A stretch of 64,000 nucleotides of DNA. Origin: an uncultured Candidatus Saccharibacteria bacterium. Its GTDB lineage: Bacteria > Patescibacteriota > Minisyncoccia > Phycocordibacterales > UBA2100. Shown one piece after another: positions 1-9,658 of this stretch. The first letter of the stretch is position 1. Each line of letters begins with the position of its first letter. The notes below the pieces were generated by a model that was not told the DNA's origin, searched no databases, and saw only the letters and a list, made by a program, of their open reading frames with translations. A program made the position numbers and the translations under genes. Location of the stretch: the NCBI GenBank assembly GCA_964545165.1, contig CAZJEQ010000004.1:17716-81715 (forward strand), in the 5' to 3' direction.

Positions 1-282
1 CCTATTAATTGGGGAGCGGCCGTTGCCTTTTATCTGGTCTTTACCATCGGTATGTACTACTTTGCCGTCCTTCCTGCGCACGCGAAGCACTCGCTCGCTG
101 CAGCCGCGCTCGCGGGCGCGCTCTACGGATTTTTCACGTATGCGACGTACGATCTGACGAACATGGCGACCTTAAAGGCGTGGCCACTTTCGATAACGCT
201 CATCGATATTGCATGGGGCGTATTCATCGGTGCTGCGCTCGCCTCTGCGGGGTACTTGCTGCTCGCATTTTTCTCTCGCTAG
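1..282 (+). CDS. DUF2177 family membrane protein (5'-partial)
   Basis: Frame open from base 1; GALYGFFTYATYDLTN...WP...DIAWG motif typical of DUF2177. Confidence 0.8.
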   Translation, partial: PINWGAAVAFYLVFTIGMYYFAVLPAHAKHSLAAAALAGALYGFFTYATYDLTNMATLKAWPLSITLIDIAWGVFIGAALASAGYLLLAFFSR

Positions 283-293
283 ATCGTGCAAGT

Positions 294-335
294 AACAAAA
301 CAAAAAGCGCCGATAAGGCGCTTTTTGTTTTTGTT
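294..335. terminator. bidirectional intrinsic terminator
   Basis: caaaaagcgcc-gataa-ggcgctttttg with A/T tracts, between convergent genes. Confidence 0.8.
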
Positions 336-341
336 CACTAT

Positions 342-503
342 TTACTGGGCGCCGTTCTCGCCGATGTTGATCTCGAGGCTAGCACCATCATCTTTCGCCA
401 TGCCCGGGCCGTATGTCTTGTACCACCACACGCCACCACCGACGAGGACCAAGAGCACTACGACAAGAAGGATCGTATTCACGTTGCTCGAATTATTATT
501 CAT
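342..503 (-). CDS. small single-pass membrane protein (53 aa, not in ORF track)
   Basis: MNNNSSNVNTILLVVVLLVLVGGGVWWYKTYGPGMAKDDGASLEINIGENGAQ*; one hydrophobic helix, ends at terminator. Confidence 0.65.
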   Translation of the reverse strand: MNNNSSNVNTILLVVVLLVLVGGGVWWYKTYGPGMAKDDGASLEINIGENGAQ

Positions 504-543
504 ACGCATTCAAAATTACTGCTATGCCAAAATCGTAGCACGC

Positions 544-1197
544 TTAGGCGCGGGCGAGTGCGATGAGTGAGACGTTCGCGCCAGCGCGGCGAAGCGGTGT
601 CGCGGCGTTGACCAGTGTCGCGCCCGTGGTGGTGACGTCGTCGATGAGAAAGACGTGTGCGTTTTTGAGGAGCGCAGGATCGGGCAAGGCGAACGCACCG
701 GCGACATTTGAGAGGCGCTCGGATCGATGGAGCCGTGTTTGCTGCTTGGTTGCCTTCGTGCGCATGAGTGCGTGCGGCATGAGCGTCGCCGTGGTTCCCG
801 TTTTGAAATCCGCTGGCAGTGCATTGAGGACCATCGCTATTTGATTGAAGCCGCGCTCTTTCTCGCGTGATCGGTGGAGTGGGACAGGGATAATCAGCAC
901 GGTCTTTTGTGAAAAGGCTTTGTGCGAGGCGATTTCTTCGGCCAGGTATTCTTCAAGCAATTTTGCGGCGATAGATGCGGCATGCACCGATCGATCGTAT
1001 TTGAGCGACCGGATGAGATCTTGCACCGACGGCTCGCGATACTCCATGAGTGTCACGATTTTCGCGCCAAGCAGCTCGTGCACGGACGGGGAGAGCGAGA
1101 AATCTACTGCTGTGCGCGATTGTGTGCGTGCGGCACGAGCACGCAGGGGGAGTATCGCATCGAGTACCAGCTCCAGCGCTCGCCAGAGTGCTTTCAT
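544..1197 (-). CDS. comF: ComF family competence protein (phosphoribosyltransferase-like)
   Basis: PVPLHRSREKERGFNQ and LIDDVTTTGATL motifs; start reset to ATG 1197 to avoid overlap with phhB. Confidence 0.9.
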   Translation of the reverse strand: MKALWRALELVLDAILPLRARAARTQSRTAVDFSLSPSVHELLGAKIVTLMEYREPSVQDLIRSLKYDRSVHAASIAAKLLEEYLAEEIASHKAFSQKTVLIIPVPLHRSREKERGFNQIAMVLNALPADFKTGTTATLMPHALMRTKATKQQTRLHRSERLSNVAGAFALPDPALLKNAHVFLIDDVTTTGATLVNAATPLRRAGANVSLIALARA

Positions 1198-1230
1198 ATA
1201 CAGATAATAGTATCGCGCTATAATCCCGTC

Positions 1231-1557
1231 ATGACAGAACTCGCACAAAAGAAATGCGTCGCCTGCGAAGGTGGCACGAGTCCGCTTAATCGCACCGAAG
1301 CAGAAATACTGCTCAAACAGCTCAACGACTGGCGCCTCTCGGGCGATGCGCGCTGGATTTCCAAGGAATTCAAATTCAAGGATTTTGCAGAGGCGATGGC
1401 CTTTACCAACAAAGTCGCCGACATTGCCGAAAGCGAGGGGCACCATCCAGATCTTCAGGTGTCGTGGGGCAAAGTCGTCGTCGAGCTGACGACACACGCC
1501 ATCAAGGGTCTGAGCGAGAATGACTTCATCGTCGCCGCGAAAGTTGACGAGTTGTAA
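1231..1557 (+). CDS. phhB: pterin-4a-carbinolamine dehydratase
   Basis: CVACEGG, AESEGHHPDL, LTTHAIKGLSENDF motifs; TATAAT 6 nt before ATG. Confidence 0.9.
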   Translation: MTELAQKKCVACEGGTSPLNRTEAEILLKQLNDWRLSGDARWISKEFKFKDFAEAMAFTNKVADIAESEGHHPDLQVSWGKVVVELTTHAIKGLSENDFIVAAKVDEL

Positions 1558-1635
1558 GAATGCCCACATAAATACGACAGCTGCGGCAAAAGCTGGATTT
1601 CCCAGATACACCAGCGGCGTGGAAAGGGCTACATC

Positions 1636-2145
1636 ATGGCGCCTCTCTCTACCTCAGCGCAGACCAGTCGTCTGTCGATCCTGAGGCTGATTGGTTCGGT
1701 CACGATCGTTCTCGGCGAGGACCTCGATCCAGAGACCTTCTTTCGTACAAGGGACTTGTTCGTGTCAGATGAATTCCTAAACAGGGTTGTTCCAAAGGCG
1801 CGACGCGTGCCGGCCGGCACGACCTTTACGGTCGACATCGCTGTCATCGGTCGTGAAGCTGCGGATGGGGTGACCGACCAGGAGATCAAAAGCGCGCTGC
1901 CGAGCAACTACCTGTTCGACGAGACGCAGCTTTGCGCGGTCATCGCGGGACTGATTGCGATGCGGTCTTGGGGTGAAGCAGATACCTGGTGGAAGAACAT
2001 GTACAGCAACTTTCTGTACACCGATTCCGGCGTCGCCAGCATCATGTGGGCCGAGGGTCGCGGTCGCAGTCGTCACGTCGACCTGTGGGAATACAACGAT
2101 CGCAAACGGCGCCCTGGTTGTCGGGTACTCAAGCTTGCCGGATGA
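1636..2145 (+). CDS. hypothetical protein
   Basis: 169-aa ORF with purine-rich RBS-like sequence and its own terminator. Confidence 0.6.
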   Translation: MAPLSTSAQTSRLSILRLIGSVTIVLGEDLDPETFFRTRDLFVSDEFLNRVVPKARRVPAGTTFTVDIAVIGREAADGVTDQEIKSALPSNYLFDETQLCAVIAGLIAMRSWGEADTWWKNMYSNFLYTDSGVASIMWAEGRGRSRHVDLWEYNDRKRRPGCRVLKLAG

Positions 2146-2182
2146 TAAAGCGCTGCAACCATGTCGGCCTGCGGCAGACAGG

Positions 2183-2220
2183 ATCCTCGGGCCTCCACCG
2201 CGTGTGCCCGAGGATTTTTT
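2183..2220 (+). terminator. intrinsic terminator
   Basis: atcctcgggc...gcccgaggat followed by T tract. Confidence 0.7.
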
Positions 2221-2269
2221 ATGACGTTCCATCATCTAGTGATGCGAGCGGGTGGTATAATTTTGCTCA

Positions 2270-3421
2270 ATGGCGTTCTCCTTGAGCAATTTATTGAAAA
2301 ACATCCCCGGTGTCGGGGGCGGCGGAGGAGAAACGAGCGTGCTGGGCATCGATATCGGTGCCTCGAGTGCCAAAATCGTGCAGCTTCGCGCGGCGCGCGG
2401 CGTCGCCGTCTTGGAGACCTATGGCGAAATCGCGCTCGGTCCCTACGCAGAGCAGCCGATCGGCAAGGCAGTGAAGCTCTCCCCCGAGAAACAGGCGGAA
2501 GCACTGAAGGATCTCATGCGCGAAGCCAATGTGACCTCACGTTCTGCGGGCGTCTCCATCCCATTTTCTGCGAGCCTCGTGTCGGTACTTGAGTTGCCAC
2601 CCGCGGATAGCGAGTCGCTCAAGCGCATCGTCCCCATTGAAGCCCGCAAATACATTCCTGTGCCTGTCTCGGAGGTCTCACTCGACTGGTTTGTGATTCC
2701 TCACGAAGAGGGGACGGACTCGGCATTTGATCAGCTACAAGACAAGTCCACGATGCGTGCTCGCGGTCAGGAGATCCTGCTCGTGGCCATTCAAAATGCC
2801 ACGCTCAAGGCGTTTCAATCGATCATGAACGGGCTCGGCGTGAGTGCGAGCTTCTATGAAATGGAAATATTCGGCACGATGCGCTCGTGTCTGTCGCACG
2901 GACTCGCTCCCGTGTGCATCGTTGATCTCGGCGCCTCGACTACCAAGATGTATATCGTCGAGCGCGGTGTTGTGCGCATGACGCACCTTCTCTCGGTGGG
3001 TGGTCAGCAGATGACCGAGACCTTGGCGCGTTCGATGAGCTGGGAATTTGATAAGGCAGAGCGCGAAAAGCGTGAACGCGGGCTGGTGCCGACCGACTCG
3101 TTTAGTCAGGAAGAGAACGATCGCATTCGTGAAGCGCTGTTATCAACACTCACGCGAGTGTGTGGAGAGGTGAATCGAGTACTATTGAGTTACGGGCAGC
3201 GATACAACAAGAATGTCTCGAGCGTCGTTTTGACCGGAGGCGGGTCAGCGCTACCCGGCATCGCAGGAGCCACGAAAAGCCTCTTGAGCGCGGAGGTGAC
3301 CATAGCGGACCCGTTTTCAAAGACCGAAGCACCGGCGTTCCTTGCCAAAGTCCTCTCCGGAATCGGCCCAACCTTTGCGGTAGCCGTCGGACTCGCACTC
3401 AGAAAGCTCAAACAAAACTGA
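2270..3421 (+). CDS. pilM: type IV pilus assembly protein PilM
   Basis: Actin-like fold motifs GIDIGASSAK, IVDLGASTT, LTGGGS, AVAVGLALR. Confidence 0.92.
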   Translation: MAFSLSNLLKNIPGVGGGGGETSVLGIDIGASSAKIVQLRAARGVAVLETYGEIALGPYAEQPIGKAVKLSPEKQAEALKDLMREANVTSRSAGVSIPFSASLVSVLELPPADSESLKRIVPIEARKYIPVPVSEVSLDWFVIPHEEGTDSAFDQLQDKSTMRARGQEILLVAIQNATLKAFQSIMNGLGVSASFYEMEIFGTMRSCLSHGLAPVCIVDLGASTTKMYIVERGVVRMTHLLSVGGQQMTETLARSMSWEFDKAEREKRERGLVPTDSFSQEENDRIREALLSTLTRVCGEVNRVLLSYGQRYNKNVSSVVLTGGGSALPGIAGATKSLLSAEVTIADPFSKTEAPAFLAKVLSGIGPTFAVAVGLALRKLKQN

Positions 3422-3437
3422 TCTACGCATACTTTTT

Positions 3438-4199
3438 ATGGAAAGCGGCATTCAATCATCATTCATCCCACAAGACGCGGGGAAGGTCACCGTCTCACCC
3501 CGGCAGCCGAAAGGCGGTGGTCTCGGGGATTTAATGTTTTTGATTGCGATTGTGTTGTTTGTGGTCTCGATTGCGCTCGCGGGCGCTGTCTTTCTCTACA
3601 ATCAGTATCTCGGGACGAGCGTGACCTCAAAAGTCGAGCAGTTGAAGAGTGCGCGCGAAGCATTCGAGCCGGCACTCATTCAGCAGCTCACTCGTTTGGA
3701 TGATCGTATGCGCGCAGCGGACAGCGTGCTCTCGGTGCACATGGCACCGACGGCATTCTTTCTCGCACTCTCGCAAGTGACGCTCACCAACGTGTCCTTC
3801 CGAAGCATTGATCTTGATGCGAGCGACCCCAAGAAGATTACCGTCAAGATGCCGGGCGTTGCGCAGAGCGTGAATTCCATTGCGCTTCAAGCGGATCTCA
3901 TGAGCAAAAACGGCGTCGTCACGAATCCTATTTTCTCCAACATCTCACGACAAGCAGATGGGGTGCACTTCGACATGACGGCGCACATCAATCCTGCAGC
4001 AGTTAATTTCGTATCGCTCGTTGGTGCTGCCACTCGTGCACTCGCTCCGCAGCAGACTGAGGTATCAGGACAAGGCGTGTCGCCTTTTGAACAGCAAGCA
4101 GCAACGCCTGATGCAGCGACACAAACGCAGGCGCAAACACCGACACCGACGACCGAGACAGGGGATACTTCGGGTGCGAGCCCCTTCACCAATCAATAA
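3438..4199 (+). CDS. PilN-like pilus assembly protein
   Basis: N-terminal SFIP motif, TM helix, coiled coil; lies between pilM and pilO. Confidence 0.65.
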   Translation: MESGIQSSFIPQDAGKVTVSPRQPKGGGLGDLMFLIAIVLFVVSIALAGAVFLYNQYLGTSVTSKVEQLKSAREAFEPALIQQLTRLDDRMRAADSVLSVHMAPTAFFLALSQVTLTNVSFRSIDLDASDPKKITVKMPGVAQSVNSIALQADLMSKNGVVTNPIFSNISRQADGVHFDMTAHINPAAVNFVSLVGAATRALAPQQTEVSGQGVSPFEQQAATPDAATQTQAQTPTPTTETGDTSGASPFTNQ

Positions 4200-4201
4200 C
4201 T

Positions 4202-4777
4202 ATGACGCGCACCATCGTATCGTTCATCGCACTCATCGCCGCAGCGGGTGTGTTCTTTGGGTACACGAAGCCGGCGTATGACTCTTCCAGCGCGGTACGC
4301 GGGCAAATCGCTGAATACGACACGGCGCTCTCGAAGGCGAGCGAATTGCAGGCGCTCAAACAAAACCTCCTCGGGCGATACAACTCGTTTAATCCGGCAG
4401 ATATCGAGCGCCTCCAAAAGCTCTTGCCTGACCATGTCGACAATGTCCGACTCATCCTTGATCTGGACAATCTTGCGGGTCGCCATGGTCTCGCGCTCCA
4501 GAATGTCGCGGTCTCCGCGCCGCAGACGGCGAGCGATTCGCAGACTGCTGCTGGATCAATCTCGTCGTCCAAGCAGCGCTACGATTCACTGACGCTGAAA
4601 TTCACCACCGTCGCGACGTACGACACCTTCCTACAGCTGCTCGCCGATCTCGAATCCTCGCTTCGTATCGTCGATCTCGTGTCGTTGCGCCTCGCGCCCG
4701 CTTCGGGTACGGAGTCGCGCTCCGCGCAGCCGCTCTACACGTACGACATTACTATCCGTACCTATTGGCTCAAATAA
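4202..4777 (+). CDS. pilO: PilO-like pilus assembly protein
   Basis: TM helix + coiled coil + LLP...; FLQLLADLESSLRIVDL typical of PilO. Confidence 0.75.
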   Translation: MTRTIVSFIALIAAAGVFFGYTKPAYDSSSAVRGQIAEYDTALSKASELQALKQNLLGRYNSFNPADIERLQKLLPDHVDNVRLILDLDNLAGRHGLALQNVAVSAPQTASDSQTAAGSISSSKQRYDSLTLKFTTVATYDTFLQLLADLESSLRIVDLVSLRLAPASGTESRSAQPLYTYDITIRTYWLK

Positions 4778-4781
4778 CCAT

Positions 4782-5135
4782 ATGCAGTGGATCAAGACAC
4801 ACCTGCTCCTCTTCATCGGCATCGTCGTCGTGGTGGCGGGTGCCATGTGGTACGGACTTACACAAAACGCAACGCCGACGCCGGTGTTAACGACGGTGAC
4901 GACCTCGGGATCACCGACGCAAGAGAGTGCCGATCAGGAACTTGTCGCGACACTCTTGACGCTTCGCGCCGTGACGCTCTCGGGTACGATTTTTCAAGAT
5001 CCGGCATTCGTAACGTTGCGCGATTTCGGTACGACCATCGTCGCGGAACCGATTGGTCGTCAAAATCCATTCGCACCACTTGGCAGCCGCACTACAGGTA
5101 CCACCGCATCCACGACCGGAGGCACTCAACGCTAA
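4782..5135 (+). CDS. membrane-anchored pilus-operon protein (PilP position)
   Basis: TM helix and GRQNPFAP motif resembling PilP-type RNPF. Confidence 0.6.
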   Translation: MQWIKTHLLLFIGIVVVVAGAMWYGLTQNATPTPVLTTVTTSGSPTQESADQELVATLLTLRAVTLSGTIFQDPAFVTLRDFGTTIVAEPIGRQNPFAPLGSRTTGTTASTTGGTQR

Positions 5136-5139
5136 GAGT

Positions 5140-6798
5140 ATGGCGGGGGATGACGAAACACAGGTCGAGGTGCCAGTGCGCACTATCGGCGATACAAAGA
5201 TTCCATACGACGTGCTCAAGGTCGTGCCCGAAGAGAGCGCGGCGCACTACGGGCTCGCGCCACTGGGTATCGTCGACGAGTGCCTTGAGATCGGTATGCT
5301 CGATCCCGGCAACATTGAGGCGATAGACGCGCTCAATTTCATTTCGCGCACCTCCGGATTGCCCTACAAGATCTTCAAAATTACCAAAGAGGATTTCGAG
5401 CGCGTGCTGACCATGTATCGCGGTTTGCGCGGCGAGGTGGCGCAGGCGGTCTCGGATCTCGCGACAGAGACGAAGCCCGAGACACCGCAGAAGCCGCAGA
5501 GCGAGACGCCGCGACTCGATATCGACAGTCCGACGCTCTCTGCGGGTGCCGCCATTCAGGAAGATGCACCGGCGATCAAGATTGTGTCTACGATTTTGCG
5601 CTATGCGATCGATGGGAAGGCGTCAGATATTCACATCGAGCCGCTCCCTGCAGGTGTGCGTGTGCGTTATCGCGTCGACGGTGATTTGCATACATCGGTG
5701 GTACTCCCGCTCACTACGCATCGCGCTATCGTCGCTCGTATCAAGGTGCTTTCTTCCATCCGCCTCGACGAGAGCAGAAAGCCACAAGACGGTCGTTTCT
5801 CGGCGACGATCGATAATCGTCAGATCGACTTCCGTGTTTCGACCTTCCCCTCGTATAGCGGCGAGAAAGTCGTGCTCCGTATTCTTGATCGCGAGCAGGG
5901 CTTCATACCCCTCGACCAGATTGGACTCACTCCCGCGCACTTGGCGACGCTGCGCCGTGCGATTAATCGACCGAATGGCCTCATTCTCATCTCCGGTCCA
6001 ACCGGATCGGGTAAATCAACGACACTCTATTCACTGCTCTCGGAGCTTGATCGTGAACACAAAAACGTCCTCTCGCTGGAAGATCCGATCGAGTATTTCA
6101 TCGACGGCATTATTCAATCGCAGGTACACCCGGAAATCGGGTACACCTTTGCCTCGGGTCTGCGCACGACACTTCGTCAGGATCCGGATGTGATCATGGT
6201 CGGCGAAATCCGCGATGGCGAAACAGCGAAGCTTGCGATCCAGGCGGCGCTCACCGGTCACCTCGTACTCTCGACGATTCACACCAACGACGCGATTGGT
6301 ACGATTCCACGCCTCATCGACATGGGTGTCGAGCCGTACCTCATCCCGCCGGTCTTGGTGTGCTCAATTGCTCAGCGCCTCGTGCGTACCTTCTGTCCGG
6401 GTGCCGAAAAAGAAATTGAGCTTTCCGTAAGTGAACAAGAAGAGATCCGTGCAAATATGGAAACATTGCCGGCGAGCGCGCGATTCCCGGTGCCGACGAA
6501 GGCGTGGGAAGCGGTGAAGCTCCCGACCTGTCCGACTGGTATGCGCGGTCGTATGGCGGTATTTGAGATTCTCGAAATGAATCCCGAGATTGAGCGCATC
6601 GTGCTCTCGAATCCGGTGGAGTCCAAGCTCTGGGCCAAGGCGCGATCGCAGGGCATGCTCACCATGCGCGAAGACGCGATTCTCAAAGCGCTCGATAAGA
6701 AGGTGCCGTTTGCGGAAGTGAATACGTTGCGCACCCTGAGTCTGCCCGAAGAAGAAAAAGAAGAAGTGGAGAAGCCTGCTCCTGCACCTGCGGTATGA
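5140..6798 (+). CDS. pilB: GspE/PilB pilus extension ATPase
   Basis: ASDIHIEP, PQDGRF, GPTGSGKSTT, LRQDPDVIMVGEIRD, TGHLVLSTIHTN. Confidence 0.93.
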   Translation: MAGDDETQVEVPVRTIGDTKIPYDVLKVVPEESAAHYGLAPLGIVDECLEIGMLDPGNIEAIDALNFISRTSGLPYKIFKITKEDFERVLTMYRGLRGEVAQAVSDLATETKPETPQKPQSETPRLDIDSPTLSAGAAIQEDAPAIKIVSTILRYAIDGKASDIHIEPLPAGVRVRYRVDGDLHTSVVLPLTTHRAIVARIKVLSSIRLDESRKPQDGRFSATIDNRQIDFRVSTFPSYSGEKVVLRILDREQGFIPLDQIGLTPAHLATLRRAINRPNGLILISGPTGSGKSTTLYSLLSELDREHKNVLSLEDPIEYFIDGIIQSQVHPEIGYTFASGLRTTLRQDPDVIMVGEIRDGETAKLAIQAALTGHLVLSTIHTNDAIGTIPRLIDMGVEPYLIPPVLVCSIAQRLVRTFCPGAEKEIELSVSEQEEIRANMETLPASARFPVPTKAWEAVKLPTCPTGMRGRMAVFEILEMNPEIERIVLSNPVESKLWAKARSQGMLTMREDAILKALDKKVPFAEVNTLRTLSLPEEEKEEVEKPAPAPAV

Positions 6799-7190
6799 CG
6801 CACACACCACCTACCATACTGCTCGTTGATGACGACAAGTTCCTCCTCGACATGTACGCGATGAAATTCTCGAAAGGCGGCTTTGAGGTGCACGCCTGTC
6901 TGTCCGTCAAAGAGGCGCTCGATGTGCTGAAGCACGGTTTTGATGCTGATGCGATCGTCTTTGATCTCACGATGCCAGAGATGGACGGGTATGCGCTCCT
7001 CCAGGCACTCCGCGATCAGAAACTAGGCGCGGGGGCGAAGAAAATTGTGCTCTCGAACCAGGCGACCGATGCGGAGAAAGCGAAGGCGATGGAGCTTGGC
7101 GCGGAAGAATTTTTGGTGAAAGCAACGATGATCCCGTCAGAAGTGGTTGCCAAGGTGAGCACCATCCTCGGTGTCGCCGTGCCTGCATAA
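6795..7190 (+). CDS. single-domain response regulator (CheY-like)
   Basis: ILLVDDD, FDLTMPEMDG (phospho-Asp), FLVKA. Confidence 0.9.
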   Translation: MTHTPPTILLVDDDKFLLDMYAMKFSKGGFEVHACLSVKEALDVLKHGFDADAIVFDLTMPEMDGYALLQALRDQKLGAGAKKIVLSNQATDAEKAKAMELGAEEFLVKATMIPSEVVAKVSTILGVAVPA

Positions 7191-7257
7191 ACTTACACAC
7201 AATCAACGTGCGCTATCGAGGACGTGCACGGTATAATAATGCGACGATAGAGGCTCT

Positions 7258-8319
7258 ATGGATTACGCGGCACAACTCAAAAAGTATCTCAACATCGTCA
7301 TGCACGAAGGTGCGTCTGATTTGCACCTCTCGAGTGGTGCACACCCGACCATACGTGTCGCGGGGCAGTTGACGCCGATGCTTAAGGAAGAGGTCTTGAA
7401 ATCCGAAGATACCAAGGGCTACCTCCATGCGCTCATCTCGCCAGACAAAGAGGCGCGCTTTATGACGACACAGGAGGTTGATTTCTCATACCAGAGTGAA
7501 GACGGACAGCGATTCCGTGGCAATGCGTATTTTGAACGCGGCTCCATCTCCATTGCGCTTCGCGTCATCCCCAAGGTCATCAAGACTGTGCAGGAGCTCA
7601 ACCTGCCGGAAGTGCTCACCTCGTTTGCGCGTCGCAGCCAGGGCTTTTTCCTCGTGGTCGGCCCGGTGGGGCAGGGGAAGACCACGACACTCGCGGCACT
7701 CATCGAGATGATCAACACCGAGCGCATGGAGCATATCGTGACCATCGAAGATCCGATCGAATATCTCTTTGAGCCGAAGCAATCGCTCATCGATCAGCGC
7801 GAGGTCAAAATCGATACCAAGGATTTCCAGACGGCGCTCACCAGTGCCTTCCGTCAAGATATCGACGTGCTTTTGGTCGGGGAGATGCGCGAGCATGAGA
7901 CGATGGCAGCAGCAGTCACTGCCGCTGAGACCGGACACCTCGTCTTCTCCACGATGCACACCAACGACGCGGCACAGACAGTCGAGCGCATTATCGACAC
8001 CTTCCCGGCTGGTCAGCAGGACCAAATTCGCTTACAGCTCTCCGCGTCGCTCGCGGGCATCTTCAGTCAGCGCCTCGTGCCGCGTATTTCGGGTGGGCTC
8101 ATCCCTGCGTGCGAGCTCCTCATCAATACCAAAGCGGTGGCTAACCTCATCCGCGAGAAACGCACCCATGAATTGAACACCGTCATCGAGACGGGCTCAT
8201 CCGAGGGCATGATCGATATGAATCGTTCGCTCGCCGAGCTCGTCAATCGTGGCGAGATTACGCAGGAGACCGCGTATGCGCACAGCCTCAATCCCAACAT
8301 TCTCCAGAAGCTCATCTAA
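7258..8319 (+). CDS. pilT: twitching motility/retraction ATPase PilT
   Basis: ASDLHL, GPVGQGKTTT, TIEDPIE, VGEMRE, AETGHLV, NLIRE motifs. Confidence 0.93.
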   Translation: MDYAAQLKKYLNIVMHEGASDLHLSSGAHPTIRVAGQLTPMLKEEVLKSEDTKGYLHALISPDKEARFMTTQEVDFSYQSEDGQRFRGNAYFERGSISIALRVIPKVIKTVQELNLPEVLTSFARRSQGFFLVVGPVGQGKTTTLAALIEMINTERMEHIVTIEDPIEYLFEPKQSLIDQREVKIDTKDFQTALTSAFRQDIDVLLVGEMREHETMAAAVTAAETGHLVFSTMHTNDAAQTVERIIDTFPAGQQDQIRLQLSASLAGIFSQRLVPRISGGLIPACELLINTKAVANLIREKRTHELNTVIETGSSEGMIDMNRSLAELVNRGEITQETAYAHSLNPNILQKLI

Positions 8320-8322
8320 TCT

Positions 8323-9534
8323 ATGGCTGTCTTCAACTACACCGCGCTCGACCAGGAGGGCAACAAGCGCGAAGGATCGATCGATGCGATCAACATGGAC
8401 GTGGCCATCGCGGCGCTGCAACGTCGCGGCCTTATCATTTCGCAGATAGACGAGCCCGCAGAAAAGCGCTCAGGACTCTCCAAGCAGATCACTTTTTTCA
8501 GCGGCGTGAAGAACGCCGATGTGGTGATGCTCTCGCGTCAAATCACCACACTCTTCGAGGCGCAGGTCTCAGCGTTGCGCGCCTTCCGCCTCCTCGCTTC
8601 TGAGGCACGCACGCCTGTTCTGGGCGACAAGCTCACCGAAATCGCCAACGACATTCAGAGTGGCTCGCCGATTTCGGTCGCGCTCGGCAAGCAGCCGGAC
8701 ATGTTTAGTCCCTTCTACGTCAACATGGTCCGTGCAGGCGAAGAGTCAGGCAAGCTCGATGAAACCTTTGCCTTCCTGGCCGATTATCTTGATCGCAACT
8801 ACGAAATCACCCAGAAGGCTAAGAATGCTTTGATCTATCCGGCCTTTATCTTCTCGACATTTCTGGTCGTGATGGGCCTCATGCTCACCTTTATTATTCC
8901 AAATCTCGCGGAAATGCTTCAGGGAACAGGGCAGGCAATTCCGATCTACACAAGAATCGTCATCGGACTCTCTGACTTTATTCGTCATTACATACTGCTC
9001 ATTTTGATTGCACTCGTCGGTGGCGGCGTCTTCTTCTACCGCTACGGCAAGACCGCCCCAGGACGTGCGATGCTCTCGCGTGCACGACTCGAGACACCGG
9101 TCATTGGCGGCATCTACCAGAAGATCTTTCTCTCGCGCATCGCCGACAACCTCTCCACCATGCTCAAGAGCGGTATTCAGGTATTGCGTGGCATTGAAAT
9201 CACTGCCACGGTCGTGGAGGATGCGACATACGAACGCATTTTGAAGAGTGCCGCAGAGGACGTGAAGGCGGGCCTACCCGTTTCCGAGGCGCTCCGAAAA
9301 TACCCGGAAATGCCCGGTATTGTCGTCGCGATGATGAAAATCGGTGAAGAGACCGGCAACATGGGAGAGATTCTCGAGACCATGGCGCGCTTTTACCGTC
9401 GCGAAGTAAATAACGCCGTCGACACGATGGTGGATCTCATCGAGCCGGTGATGATCGTCGCGCTTGCTGTCGGCGTCGCCACGCTGCTCGCATCGGTTTT
9501 GGTGCCAATCTACAACATCGCCTCCGGCTTTTGA
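8323..9534 (+). CDS. pilC: PilC / type II secretion F family platform protein
   Basis: Two GspF repeats (AGEESGKL, IGEETGNM) with TM helices. Confidence 0.93.
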   Translation: MAVFNYTALDQEGNKREGSIDAINMDVAIAALQRRGLIISQIDEPAEKRSGLSKQITFFSGVKNADVVMLSRQITTLFEAQVSALRAFRLLASEARTPVLGDKLTEIANDIQSGSPISVALGKQPDMFSPFYVNMVRAGEESGKLDETFAFLADYLDRNYEITQKAKNALIYPAFIFSTFLVVMGLMLTFIIPNLAEMLQGTGQAIPIYTRIVIGLSDFIRHYILLILIALVGGGVFFYRYGKTAPGRAMLSRARLETPVIGGIYQKIFLSRIADNLSTMLKSGIQVLRGIEITATVVEDATYERILKSAAEDVKAGLPVSEALRKYPEMPGIVVAMMKIGEETGNMGEILETMARFYRREVNNAVDTMVDLIEPVMIVALAVGVATLLASVLVPIYNIASGF

Positions 9535-9577
9535 CCCCGCCCTAGAGGCTCGCCGCACCGCGGGCCGACGAGCGTTG

Positions 9578-9586
9578 TTATCCACA
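9578..9586 (+). promoter_or_regulatory. perfect DnaA-box consensus upstream of major pilin
   Basis: TTATCCACA in the pilC-pilin intergenic region. Confidence 0.4.
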
Positions 9587-9658
9587 TGATGGGACGCCGG
9601 AAGAGCGTGAAGCGGTACAATGTCGATACTTATAAACTATTTCATTTTGCCCCTATAT

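Noticed and set aside
544-1611. 355-aa ComF and other long N-terminal extensions in the ORF track (e.g. 21678-22499, 22967, 29201, 30953, 42024)
   Set aside because: The extensions overlap well-supported genes or tRNAs; downstream starts match family N-termini and -10 spacing.
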